Positions 43,935-57,345 of a DNA stretch of 64,000 nt are shown piece after piece (position 1 is the first letter of the stretch; the number at the start of each line of letters is the position of its first letter). A program made the position numbers and the translations under genes. Below the pieces are notes generated by a model. It saw nothing but the letters and a program-made list of their open reading frames with translations, had not been told where the DNA came from and searched no databases. Source of the stretch: Flaccisagitta enflata (lineage: Eukaryota); contig OZ231126.1 in NCBI GenBank assembly GCA_965153355.1, positions 8,184,001 to 8,248,000 of the forward strand, read 5' to 3'.

Positions 43935-44875
43935 CCCTCCTTCCTTCCTTCCTTCCATCCTTCCTTCTTTCCTTCCGTCCTTCCTTCCTTCCTCCCTCTT
44001 CCCATCCCACCTCTTTGTTTCCTCTCTTCCTCCCTTGCTTGCTTGCTTGCTTCCTTCTTTCCTTCCTTCCTTCCTTCCTTCCTTCCTTCCTTCCTTCCTT
44101 CCTTCCTTCCTTCCTTCCTTCCTTCCTTCCTTCCTTCCTCCCTCTTCCCATCCCACCTCTTCGTTTCCTCTCTTCCTCCCTTGCTTGCTTGCTTGCTTCC
44201 TTCTTTCCTTCCTTCCTTCCTTCCTTCCTTCCTTCCTTCCTTCCTTCCTTCCTTCCTTCCTTCCGACCTTCCTTCCTTCCTTCCTTCCTTCCGTCCGTCC
44301 TTCCTTCCTTCCTTCCTCCCTCTTCCCATCCCACCTCTTTGTTTCCTCTCTTCCTTCCTTCCTTCCTTCCTTCCTTCCTTCCTTCCTTCCTTCCTTCCTT
44401 CCTTCCTTCCTTATTTCCTTCTTCTGTTCTCCCTCTTCATTTCTCTTCCTCTTTCCTTCTTTGCGGTGTGCTCCCTTCTTTCCTCCGTCCCTTGCTCCCT
44501 TCCTTCTTTCCTTTCCTCCTTCCTTCTCTTATTCTCCCTCTTCTTTTCTCTTCCTCTTTCCTTCTTTGTGGTGCGCTTCCTTCCTTCCTTCCTTCCTTCC
44601 TTCCTACCCTCCTTCCTTCCTTCTCCTTTTCTCCATCTTCTATTCTCTTCCTCTTTCCTTCTTTGTGGTGTGCTACCTCCCTTCCTTTCTTCCTTCCTTC
44701 CTTCTCTTTCTATCCCTCTTCTTTTCTCTTCCTTCCTTCCTTCTCTTTCTATCCCTCTTCTTTTCTCTTCCTCTTTCCTTCTTTGTGGTGTGCTACCTCC
44801 CTTCCTTTCTTCCTTCCTTCCTTCTCTTACTATCCCTCTTCTTTTCTCTTCCTCTTTCCTTCTTTGTGGTGTGCT
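43935..44875. repeat. (CTTC)n-based compound polypyrimidine repeat
   Basis: cttc runs with repeated ctcttcccatcccacctct and cttctttgtggtgtgc modules. Confidence 0.9.
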
Positions 44876-44977
44876 TGGTTCTTCACGTAGGCGGAATTGA
44901 GAGTTTCAGACTGGAAATGAGTTTTGGGCCAGAAATGAGGCCCAAATCGCTCTGGCGATGGACTGAGCGCGGGTGGC

Positions 44978-45325
44978 ACCGACTATCCCACGGAAAGACC
45001 AACTGGCCAACCAACGGACCGACTATACAATCTAACGGACCAACTATCCCATGGAAAGAGCAACTAACCAACGGACTGAATAACTACACAATCTAACGGA
45101 CCGAATATCCCATGGAAAGACCAACTAGCCAACCAACGGACCGTCCATACAATCTAACGGACCGACTATCCCGTGGAAAGATCAATTAGCCAACTAACGG
45201 ACCGACTATACAATCCAATGGACAGAAACGGACCGACGATTCCATGGAAAGACCAACTAGCCATCCGACTAAACAAATGAACAATTCAACGGACCAACTA
45301 TCCCATGGACGGGCCAACTATACAG
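44978..45325. repeat. ~60-bp degenerate repeat (aacggaccgactatcccatggaaagaccaact)
   Basis: About 5-6 units. Confidence 0.8.
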
Positions 45326-45865
45326 ATTCTGAGATTCAACTGAGCCAGCATTCCTCCGAAACACCAACCAGCTAACCGACAGACGGCGACAGACTATCCA
45401 ATCAGCGGACCTGGTAGCCAACCGACAAGCCAACTATAGTATGAGCAGACCGACTAACCAATCAACGCTGTTATATACTGACTGACAGTTCGGCTATCCG
45501 ACAAACAGTGACGATTTGACTGTTAGATCCACCATCCAACTGGCGCATCGACTATCCAACTGACAACCCAAATATTCAACTGACAGACTGACCAATTGGG
45601 AGTTTAGAACATATGGGGCCGCTCATCAGAACCAGAGCCGCCCATGATGGCCGGTGCTGGTCAGCAGGAGAGATGGTGCCGCGCAGTGCGCAATTTCAGA
45701 GGAGAGCTGGTTCCGATCAAGAGAGTTGGTAGGATTACAGGATAAACATCACTGTGCAGTGCATAAATTAGGATGATATCTTTAACACATGCAAATGTGA
45801 AAGAAAAACAAATGCTCCTATAAATAAGCGATAGAGCAATCTCATAAAACAGACAGCAAGCATGA

Positions 45866-46061
45866 TTTTTTAGTCGCGTGCTACGCGACACTACACCCCG
45901 CTTTGTCCGTCCGTCGGTCGGTCGGTCGGTCCCCATTTTATTTTTTTTATGTTTTTGCGGTCTTTGGCCTCACTGCACTTGCCCAAGTGCTTTAGTAACT
46001 CAAATACTGCCCCTGCCCACCCGCACGCGACTACGGTAGCCGTGTATCCGGCCTTGTTTTT
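45866..46061 (+). mobile_element. Complete HINE-like element
   Basis: tttttt-AGTCGCGTGC-tacgcgac, (gtcc/gtcg)n, 3' subTIR GCACGCGACT, hairpin gccg-tgtatc-cggc, cttgttttt; inserted in a T-run. Confidence 0.8.
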
Positions 46062-47489
46062 ATAGCTTAGCAATATTGATTGTGAAAACAACGTAATGAA
46101 AATCGAGCACAAAAGAGTTACGGCTAAAATGTGTCATCAGGGGTCAAATACAGGATACTATGCACGGGTTCGAACAAACCTATAGTAGTCTACGATGGAA
46201 GCGGGAGGGAGAGGAGGAGGAAGAGGAGGAGGAGAAAGAGGAGGAGAAGATGGTGGAAGAGGAGGAGGATACGATGGGAAGCATTCAAGGATGTATGACG
46301 GAACCATCAAGAACGGTAAAGAGAAAGAGCGATGAGAAAATGGCCCGTAGAGCCACAAAGAGGAAGAGGAGGAGATGGTAGTTGGGGAGGAAGAAGAGGA
46401 GGAAGAAGAGAAAGAGGAAGAGAAAGAATAAGAGAAAGGAGGAGGAAACAGAGAAAAGAAAAGGGAAAGTGGACGAAAAAAGGGGGTTTGTGTAAAAAGG
46501 GGTTTGTGTTAATCTAAAAGGGGCGTAAATCTAAACTTACCCTCGGAAGTGGAAATCAAAGAAAAGGGGTTGACATGGAATTTCGGTGGTCAAAGTGATG
46601 AGGGAAGTTAGGAGACATGTTAGGGCCAAGGAGGAGAGGAGAGTCAAGGAGACATGTTAGGGTCAAGGAGGAGAGGAGAGTCAAGGAGACATGTTAGGGT
46701 CGAGAAGAAGAGGAGAGTCGAGGAGATAAAGATTCAAAGAGAGAGTGAGGCCCGAGTGGGAGATTATGGTCACTTAGGAGAAGAGAGTGGGGGGAGAAGG
46801 AAGGGGGAAACAAGGAGGCTGGGGCCTGAGGGAAATTTGGGCGATAGTCCATCATGAGAAGAGGGATGAGGTAGAGGAAGAAATGGAAACAGGCCGCTGC
46901 CCAAAAAGAAGAGGAGGAGGAAGTGGGAAAAGAGGAAGAAGAGGAAGAGAAGGAAGTAAAGTTGAATAGCGGTCAGGTCTCTGAATGGCAGAAGTAAGAG
47001 CGACAGGTGAGCCATAAACCATTAACTCGAATCTACAATGAATCTTTCGTCATGTAATAGTAGGAGGAGGAAAGGGGGGGGGAAGAGGAGGAGGAGGATG
47101 AGGAGTATGAGGACGATAAGGAGGAGGAGAGGGAAAGCCAACTTGGACAGAACCGACATGGCACAGACACGGAAACGGACAATTCCTCCGTGGCACAGGA
47201 TACGATTAACCAAACCTCCTTTTCATAATTCACGACCGAGCATATTGTATGATAAACAGAAGAGGAAGAGGAAAATGGGGAAAAATGAAAAGTACCAATA
47301 GCGCTGATAAGTACTCACTCCTCCATGATTATGGTGACTATTTCTTCCGTTGATTAGTCAGTAGGTCAATGATCAACTGTGGAAATGATGATGATTATGA
47401 CGTCATTGAGGGCGCAGGAGAATTCCAGCACCCTGGAAAGTCATTTTATGACGGAACTTGTGCCACTTGTACACGTGAGAATCATGTTT

Positions 47490-47722
47490 GTGCCACTTGG
47501 TTGTTCACTATGTTTGTTTGCTCGCATTGCTCACTCTTTTGATTCACTCTACTGAGCTACACTCACTTAGCTCGCTCATCCTGTTAACAGGCTCTCTTAC
47601 TCTGTTCATGAGCTTGCTCGCTAACTCACTTTGCTCACTCCCTTGTGGGACGGTTATAATTCATGCTGCTAACGCGATACACGGGGACAATTGCGACTGC
47701 TGTTATCACTAGAAATACGCCC
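47490..47722 (-). mobile_element. Older truncated copy of the GAGC-core MITE
   Basis: gccacttgg..ctcactcccttgtgggac..cactagaaatacgccc; one TIR present. Confidence 0.65.
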
Positions 47723-47839
47723 TCAGCAGCAGAGTGTTTTTACTGTCGATTTTCTCCTCTTAATGAACTGACTTCCTTTGCTTGATGGCGGATGCAAAAT
47801 ACATGAACAAGGCACAATGACACACACACACACACACAG

Positions 47840-47915
<76 letters not shown>

Positions 47916-47918
<3 letters not shown>

Positions 47919-48125
47919 ACTTCAGTCGCGTGCGGGTGGGCAGGGGCAGTATTTGAGTTACTAAAGCATTTGCCAAGGAGCAGTGAGGCCAAAGACTGCA
48001 AAAACATAAAAAAAGTAAAATGGGGACCGACCGACCAACCGACCAACCAACCGACCAACCGACCGACCGACCGACGGACGGACGGACAAAGCGGGGTATA
48101 GAGTCGCGTAGCACGCGACTAAAAA
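47916..48125 (-). mobile_element. HINE-like element, 3' hairpin replaced by (AG)n
   Basis: Near reverse complement of 45866-46040; ends agtcgcgtagcacgcgactaaaaa. Confidence 0.8.
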
Positions 48126-48335
48126 GGCGTATCTCCGGATCTGCGAATGTGGGTGGATTTTCTGGAGCTGCGCTCGCCCAGAGAACAAAAAGAACAAAAG
48201 AGGGGGAAAAAACAAGAACAAAAGAACAAAGCGGAGATGAGAAAAACACAGATGAAAAAAAAAGAACCTTCCCACAATTCTATTGCTCCATAAAACAGAT
48301 GGAAGTCATGAACAAACAGTCGGTCAAAAGAGAGA

Positions 48336-48605
48336 GGGAGCGTTTCTAGTCAGAGACAGTCGCGTTTGTAACAGGCCACTCGGTGGCTCGCTATGTTCGT
48401 TTGCTTGCATCGCTCACTCCGCTCACTCGCTCCGCAGCGCTCCGCTTTGCTACGCTCACTTTACACGCTTGCTCTGTTCATGGGCTCGCTCACTTACTTC
48501 GCTCTCTCCCTTGTGGGACAATTGAAATTTCATGAATATGTGTTCACGCTGTAAACGCATTCAATGGGAACAAAAGCGTTTTTCATCTTCACTAGAAAGA
48601 CGCCC
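48336..48605 (-). mobile_element. Diverged inverted copy of the GAGC-core MITE
   Basis: gggagcgtttctagtcagagac..ggccactcgg..cgctcactcgctccgcagcgctccgc..cactagaaagacgccc. Confidence 0.8.
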
Positions 48606-49358
48606 AGAGAGGGACAGTGTCATTCAAAAGAAGGATGCTAGCCAGAGCGAGATACAGACAGGCAGAAAGGCAGGCAGAATGACAGACAGACAGACAGACA
48701 GGCAAAGAGACAGACTGGCCAAAGACTGAAAACTTTACAGACAGACGGATGAAAGAACATGCACATACTGATTCACAGTCTTAACAGGATATGACATTTC
48801 TGCTATTTGTGGCTTCGGTGTAAAATAGTCGAACCGAAAGCAGAGGAAATAAAAGAAATGAGATCCTTTTTTTTTCCCCGAGAATGGGGCCTGTGAAAGG
48901 ACTTTGGGTGGTGAAGGATAAGAACCGGAGTGGGGCAATAGATAGGGTAGGGGTAGGAAAGCGAAGGAGCAGCTGTGGAGTAGGGTGTGGGGGAAATGGA
49001 TGGAACAGAGGTGTGGTGGGGGATGGTATAAGTAGTGAATTAGGAAAAGTTAGAGAGAGAGAGAGAAAATAAAGATGTCATGGGCCCAAAGTAATAAATC
49101 CCTTCAATGATTCCTTGTATATCCACATGTGGATGACAGAGTCAGCTCCACATCCCCACCCCCATCCCCACCCCAATCCAAACCTCTCCATCATCTTGTC
49201 ATGATGCTGTCCCGCCTATCTTTTTACAGTGAACATCTGACAAAGATCAGACGAAGACTCTCAAAATGGTAGTTGACAATTTTTGTAGATCGTTACAACA
49301 GACTCAGAGGTCATATCAAATGCCGGGTGGATTGGCGCAGATGAGATGGTAGTTTATT

Positions 49359-49451
<93 letters not shown>

Positions 49452-49788
49452 TGCGTGTGTGTGTATCTGCGTGTGGGGAGTGCTAAAAAGAAAAGTCTAA
49501 AAAAGAAAAAAAAATGGTCCAAGTAATTAGTTTTCTAAAGGTGAGAAGTCGTGCTCACTCTCAACGGTCCTTGTACAACTCAAATGGGTGTTAAAGTCAA
49601 CTCTTTAATTTGTTAATGAACTTGAAAGGTCATGGCTTGTGAGATGTTGAGTTTAGGGGTGATAACTGTAAAGGTTATGTATTGGTTGATGATTGGTTTA
49701 AATGTGAGGTAACTTGAAAGGTGATAACTCATGTTTTGACTAAGAAACAGGATAAATGAGAGCCATTTCCACGACTTATGTTCACTTC

Positions 49789-49877
<89 letters not shown>

Positions 49878-49960
49878 AACAACAATTTACAACAACAACA
49901 ACAACAGCAACAACACTCTCTCTCTCACTCTCTCTCACTCACAAACTCACTCTCACTAAC

Positions 49961-50049
<89 letters not shown>

Positions 50050-50509
50050 CTCTGGGTTCCCACAACCAATTTTCTATATTTTTTCATACTTCTGAGTTCC
50101 ATTCAAAGCCTTTTATTCTCCACCTTCTTTCATCTGTTGGCTTTGGGAGACAGCAACGCCGCCTTTGGAGCACTTTGGGATACAAATTGGATGATCACGT
50201 TTGAGTATATTATCTTACATGCTGCTCCATACCTCGCTTTGATGGTTCATTGGTTCTTTGCTTGGTTGCTTGATTAGGAATTCACTTTTTTTGTGTTTTT
50301 TTTTTTTTTTGCAAAATTTAGCCCAAACATCACCATACATTTCTGCCCTTTCGTTTTGATAGGGTAACCACATGTCTAGCTTATTTCATATCAGTTATAC
50401 ACTATGGTTGATTTGCATTTTTTAACAAATATAAACCATCTCAACGATCAAAAATTAATCATCTAGCAACAGTTATTGCTTTACATCCCACTGCTAGCAT
50501 TGTTGAAAT

Positions 50510-50907
50510 TATCCCTCAATCTGACCATACTCAGTCCACTGTGCCCCCTGCCGACATCTATGGAATCATCCTTCAATCTAGCGATACTCAGCCCATTTTG
50601 CCTCACTGCCAACATCAATGAATTCATCCATCAATCTTACCACACTCAGCCCATTGTGCCCCACTTCCGACATCAATAGAATCATCCCTCAACCAGGCCA
50701 TACTAAGCCCATTGTGCCCCACTGCGGACATCAATGAAATCATCCTTCAATCTAGCCATACTCGACCCACTGTGCCCCACTGCCGACATCCATGGCATCA
50801 TCCTTCGATCTAGCCATACTCGGACCATTGTGCCCCACTGCCGACATCCATGGCATCATCTTTCAATCTAGCCATACTCGGACCATTGTGCCCCACTGCC
50901 GACATCA
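50510..50907. repeat. ~59-bp minisatellite
   Basis: caatctagccatactcggaccattgtgccccactgccgacatc, about 7 units. Confidence 0.9.
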
Positions 50908-52024
50908 AATCATCCGCGTTTGGAAGTCACGCAAAAAACGATTGTGAAAAGAGAGAGAAGATTCATGTCAGGACGCGATTTATATACCGGACAAAACGAC
51001 AAACGATGAAGCAGACCATAAAGGAAACCATGAAAAAGACGATGAAGCAGACGATGAAACAGACGAATAGCTTAAAGACCAGACGATGGGGAAAATTCCT
51101 TTGTCGCCTCATTTTTTTTTTGGGTCACGTGATGTTCCACAGTTACGTAATTCAGAAAATTTGGTCACGAAGAATTGAGTTAAATTCTACTCTGTATCAA
51201 TCAAATGGTCTTTTGAGTAACCTTATCATCACGCGATGTCAAAAGTCCTCAGATAAGTGATTCAAAATGGACTCGAGAAGATTTTTTTTTACCATATATA
51301 TACACATACACAGACCATAGGAACACTTTTTCCTTCAGCCTTTTTTTTTCTCCTGCTATTTCATATTCACTCCTACAAGCTGCACCAATCTTATCCTTTT
51401 CTTCTTACATCTCAACTTCCTGTTACTGCGCTCCAAACAGCACCTTCCTATTGCATAGATTCCCCTTCCTTTTTTTTTCGTTCCTTCTTCTTCTTCTTCT
51501 TCTTCTTTTTCTTTTTCTTTTTCTTTTTCTTTTTCTTTTTCTTTTTCTTTTTCTTTTTCTTTTTCTTCTTCTTCTTCTTCTTCTTCTTCTTCTTCTTCTT
51601 CTTCTTCTTCTTCTTCTTCTTCTTCTTCTTCTTCTTCTTCCTCTTCTCCTTCTTCTTCTTCTTCTTCTTCTTCGTCTTCTTCTTCTTCTTCTTCTTCTTC
51701 TTCTTCTTCTTTTTCTTTTCGTTCTCCCTCTTCATCCCATCTCATTTTGATCATCATTTTCTTTATTTCATTTATTGCAATTCTCTCTTTTTATTCCCCA
51801 TTGAATCTGCGACATTACGGCGATGGAGACCGGAGGCGGCGCCGCGGGCAGCCCCAGAGGCGGCATTGATGTCGGTGCGGAGGTGTTGGAGGCGGCCTCA
51901 GAGGCGGCGTTGAAGGTGGCATTGGTGGCGTTTTTGCGGTGGTGATGCCGTTGTGGGCAACAGTACAGGGAGAGTGGGTTTCAGTGGCGATCTTCTTGGA
52001 TTTAGCGTTGTTGTTGTTGACTGG

Positions 52025-54122
52025 GACGCTGTTGTCCTTCCCAGTGGCGGTGTTGTTATCGTCCTTGAAGTTGTTATTACTACGTCTGGCGATGTCGTCA
52101 TGCCCTCTACCATGGCGCTGTTGTCCTTCCCAGTGGCGGTGTTGTTATCGTCTATGAAGTTGTTATCAATATGTCTGGCGATGTCGTCACGCCCTCTACC
52201 CTGGCGCTGTTGTCCTTCCCAGTGGCGGTGTTGTTATCGTCTATGAAGTTGTTATCAATATATCTGGCGATGTTGTCATGCCCTCTACCATGGCGCTGTT
52301 TTCCTTCCCAGTGGCGGTGTTGTTATCGTCCTTGAAGTTGTTATTACTACGTCTGGCGATGTCATCACGCCCTCTACCCTGGCGCTGTTTTCCTTCCCAG
52401 TGGCGGTGTTGTTATCGTCTATGAAGTTGTTATCAATATGTCTGGCGATGTCGTCACGCCCTCTACCCTGGCTCTGTTGTCCTTCCCAGTGGCGGTGTTG
52501 TTATTGTCTTTAAAGTTGTTATCAATATGTCCGGCAATGTTGTCATGCCTACTACCAGGGCGCTGTTTTCCTTCCCAGTGGCGGTGTTGTCATCGTCTAT
52601 GAAGTTGTTATCAATATGTCTGGCAATGTCGTCATGCCCTCTACTATGGCGCTGTTTTCCTTCCCAGTGGCGGTGCTGTTATCGTCCTTGAAGTTGTTAT
52701 CAATATGTCTGGCGATGTTGTCATGCCCTCTACCATGGCGCTGTTTTCCTTCCCAGTGGCGGTGTTGTTATCGTCCTTGAAGTTGTTATCAATATGTCTG
52801 GCGATGTTGTCACGCCCTCTACCATGGCGCTGTTTTCCTTCCCACTGGCGGTGTGGTTATCGTCCTTGAAGTTGTTATTAATATGTCTGGCGATGTTGTC
52901 ATGCCCTCTACCATGGCACTGTTTTCCTTCTCAGTGGCAGTGTTGTTATCGTCCTTGAAGTTGTTATCAATATGTCTGGCGATGTTGTCATGCCCTCTAC
53001 CATGGCGCTGTTTTCCTTCCCAGTGGCGGTGTTGTTATCGTCCTTGAGATTGTTATCAATATGTCAGGCGATGTTGTGATGCCCTCTACCATGGCACTGT
53101 TTTCCTTCCCAGTGGCGGTGTTGTTATCGTCCTTGAAGTAGTTATCAATATGTCTGGCGATGTTGTCATGCCCTCTACCATGGCACTGTTTTCCTTCCCA
53201 GTGGCGGTATTGTTATTGTCCTTGAAGTTGTTATCAATATGTCTGGCGATGTTGTGATGCCCTCTACCATGGTGCTGTTTTCCTTCCCAGTGGCGGTGTT
53301 GTTATCGTCCTTGAAGTAGTTATCAATATGTCTGGCGATGTTGTCATGCCCTCTACCATGGCGCTGTTGTCCTTCCCAGTGGCGGTGTTGTTATTGTCTT
53401 TAAAGTTGTTATCAATATGTCCGGCAATGTCGTCATGCCTACTACCAGGTCGCTGTTTTTCTTCCCAGTGGCGGTGTTGTCATCGTCTATGAAGTTGTTA
53501 TCAATATGTCTGGCGATGTCGTCATGCCCTCTACTATGGCGCTGTTTTCCTTCCCAGTGGCGGTGCTGTTATCGTCCTTGAAGTTGTTATCAATATGTCT
53601 GGCGATGTTGTCATGCCCTCTACCATGGCGCTGTTTTCCTTCCCAGTGGCGGTGTTGTTATCGTCCTTGAAGTTGTTATCAATATGTCTGGCGATGTTGT
53701 CATGCCCTCTACCATGGCACTGTTTTCCTTCCCAGTGGCGGTATTGTTATTGTCCTTGAAGTTGTTATCAATATGTCTGGCGATGTCGTCATGCCCTCTA
53801 CCATGGCGCTGTTGTCCTTCCCAGTGGCGGTGTTGTTATCGTCTATGAAGTTGTTATCAATATGTCTGGCGATGTTGTCATGCCCTCTACCATGGTGCTG
53901 TTTTCCTTCCCAGTGGCGGTGTTGTTATCGTCCTTGAAGTTGTTATCAATATGTCTGGCAATGTTGTGATGCCCTCTACCATGGTGCTGTTTTCCTTCCC
54001 AGTGGCGGTGTCGTTATCGTTTATGTAGTTGTTATCAATATGTCTGGCGATGTCGTCATGCCCTTTACCATGGCGCTGTTTTCCTTCCCAGTGGCGGTGT
54101 TGTTATCATCTATGAAATTGTT
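52025..54122. repeat. 89-bp tandem satellite, ~23-24 copies
   Basis: Unit ggcgctgttttccttcccagtggcggtgttgttatcgtccttgaagttgttatcaatatgtctggcgatgttgtcatgccctctaccat; starts at 52114, 52203 and onward. Confidence 0.95.
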
Positions 54123-54487
54123 GTCTATATCTATGAAGTTGTAACCAACTGTAATGGCTTTGTCATCATTGTCTACGGCGTAGTCCTCTATCATGGCGCT
54201 GTTGTCATCATGTGTGGCGTTGTTGTCATCATGAGTGGCGCTGTTGTCATTGTCGATGACGTTTTCCTCTGCAATAGCGCTGTTGTTATCATGTGATGCA
54301 TTGTTGTCATCATGCGTAGGGCTGTTGCCATCACGCCTGGCGCTGTTGTCAATATGCATGGCGTTGTTGTCATTGGCGTTCTTATCATCCTTGGCGTCCT
54401 TGTAGTCGATTCAGCGTTGAATCTGTCACGTAACGTCAATCTCCTTTTATGCAATTTTCCTGCGACAAAATTCATCGTTTTTGCCTT

Positions 54488-54740
54488 GTCACCCAAGTCA
54501 CCTCAGTCACCTCAGTCACCAAAGTCACCTCAGTCACCTTAGGTATCTCAGTCATCTCAATCACCAAAGTCATCTCAGTCACCTAAGTCACCAAAGTCAC
54601 CTCAGTCACCTTAGTTATCTCAGTCATCTCAATCATCTCAGTCACCAAAGTCACCTCAGCCATCTCAGTCACCAAAGTCACCTCAGTCACCTCAGTCATC
54701 TCAGTCACCAAAGTCTGTCACGTGACAGTCACCTCAGTCA
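54488..54740. repeat. 9-bp (AGTCACCTC)n
   Basis: Direct reading. Confidence 0.9.
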
Positions 54741-54875
54741 ATACACATTCTACACACATCCATGCATACTCAATCACATCCTCAAGCAATCTAAGGCTTT
54801 CACATTCATCGGCTTGCACACTGGAATGACTCGATCACATTCACACGCTATCACACGCTATCACACGCACCATCA

Positions 54876-54982
54876 TGCATGCGCACGTGATCACGTGCTT
54901 ACGATTTCTAGCCGCCATCTTTGAGTTTGTCGCTCTTTTTTCCCATCGGGAATTTTAAGACTCGTTGCGCCGCCTGGCGCCA
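54876..54982. promoter_or_regulatory. CpG-rich motif cluster (tandem E-box palindrome, YY1-like, NRF1-like)
   Basis: tgcatgcgca; gcacgtgatcacgtgc (54883-54898); gccgccatcttt (54911-54922); gcgccgcctggcg. Confidence 0.35.
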
Positions 54983-55121
54983 AATCTTGATAGTCATGAC
55001 AAAAGAACTGTTCAATGAAAAGAAATCGTATTGATCAAAAGAACATGCATATAAGGATGAGATTGGATGGGCTTTCTCTGTCTCTGTCTGTCTCTGTCTC
55101 TGTCTATCCCTCTCTCTTTGT

Positions 55122-55267
<146 letters not shown>

Positions 55268-55439
55268 GACACACAGAAAAATGCAGACCAAGAATAGGAT
55301 GGAGTAAAAGGACAGTGGAGATGAATCATGTTTACTGTTGAGATGAAAGCTTGAATGAGGTTGGTGAAAAAAACATTCATGAAATGTAGCGTATGTATTA
55401 TATTGTATTGTATTGTATCAATGACTTTGCAATAATTCA

Positions 55440-55521
55440 TTTTCCTTATTTTTTTCCTGCCCATTTCCCTCTCATCATTTCCCCTTCAACATGATTGGAT
55501 GATCCTTTTCTCCAGGTAAGA
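55440..55521 (+). other. Candidate recursive splice site 3, junction 55515/55516
   Basis: Long pyrimidine tract, then gatgatccttttctccAG|GTAAGA; previous AG is at 55388-89. Confidence 0.55.
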
Positions 55522-55705
55522 GAAATTCTCTGATTAGTTTTTTTTTCCTTTCCATTTGGCGCCCAAAATCTGTTTCCTTTTTTTATTTGTTTTTTTTTTT
55601 ATTGATCATTTTTTGGAATGTTTATCTCTGCAGACAAAACAATAGCAGAACTGAGACCCATGAACTCTTTCTTTCTCTCTCTTTCTCTCTTTCTCTCTTT
55701 CTCTC

Positions 55706-55842
<137 letters not shown>

Positions 55843-56588
55843 TTTCTTTCATCCCATTCTTCCTATTTTCCTTGTCTGTCAACGAAACACACGGAATTCC
55901 GTTATGCTAATTATTTCCAAGAAAGTACCGATTTTTTTCTTGTTCTTGTTTTTCTTGTTCTTGTGTGTGTGTGTTTCTGTGAGAGGAGATGTGAAGGGTT
56001 CCTTTCTTTTCCTTTCTTGTTATTTCTTTTTTTTTTTTTCATTTCTATTCCTCTTCGTTTTTGTTCCCTTTTCTAGAGTATTTTCTTCATTATGGTAAAT
56101 GATCTTTGAGACCAAAACAAAACAAAACCGAGGCGAAAAATGCGATGAGTTATGACGACGATGGTGATGGTGACAACAATGGGTGATGGTCATGGTGACA
56201 ATAATGGTCATGGTGACAACAATGGTGATGGTCATGGTGACAACAACAGTGGCGAACAAGAGAATTACATTGAACCTGATGATGACCATACTTGATTCTT
56301 TCATCATTTTTACCGAGCCAGTATAGACGGTGCCATACGGACCCGCTGCTAACAATTCTACCGGGCCCAACAATAAAACTACGGGCCCTGTGTGTAAAAA
56401 AAAACAAACAGAAAAGACCATGAGCAAGGTGCCGTTTTGATAAAATGAACTATTGAGCTTGGATGCAAATTACTCTCTCTCTCTTTATTTCTTCCCTTTT
56501 TTTTCTTTCTTTCTTTCTTTCTTACTTACTTTCTCTCTTTTTTTTCTTTCTTTCTTTCCTTCTTTCTTTCTTTCTTTCTTTCTTCCCT

Positions 56589-56795
<207 letters not shown>

Positions 56796-57204
56796 TTCCC
56801 TCTCCCGGGAGCGAGGGAGCGGGAGCAAGTGATTTTCATTCCTGCCGAAGCAAAAAGAAAATAATTATCATTCTGAACGTAATGTGGGAACTTAGACACA
56901 ATTTACTAATTGTTACATTCATCGCCAGATTTCATTCCTGTTACATCCTTTTTTCGGCCCCATTAAAAACTGTCCAAAAAACAAAGTGAGACTGAGAGAG
57001 ATTTGAAAGCGAATGTGGGGCAAATGGGAAGGGAGGAAATGAAGTATGGGTAGACTATTGCAAGTAGGTATTAGTCATCTAGCAACCACCCAGCCTCATC
57101 AATACCTACTCTCACCACTCTGGTCGCTGGAAGTTCTCATACCTCTTTATTCACCTTCGTTACATTCTTACATCTTCCCAATCACTACTCTTCTTTCACA
57201 ACCC

Positions 57205-57345
57205 GCTCCCACTTCCCCATTCACCACTACGATTTTCCCACCATCTCCCACTTCCCCAGTCACCACTATGATTTTCCCACCATCTCCCACTTCCCCATTC
57301 ACCACTATGATTTTCCCACCACCTCCCACTTCCCCATTCACCACT
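57205..57345. repeat. 39-bp tandem repeat x3-4
   Basis: ctcccacttccccattcaccactatgattttcccaccat. Confidence 0.85.

Noticed and set aside
49528-49546. ttttctaAAG|GTGAGA as a fourth ratchet point
   Set aside because: AAG acceptor, very short Y tract and another AG about 10 nt upstream.
52025-54122. CRISPR-like or coding tandem array
   Set aside because: No unique spacers and eukaryotic context; the 89-bp period breaks any reading frame.
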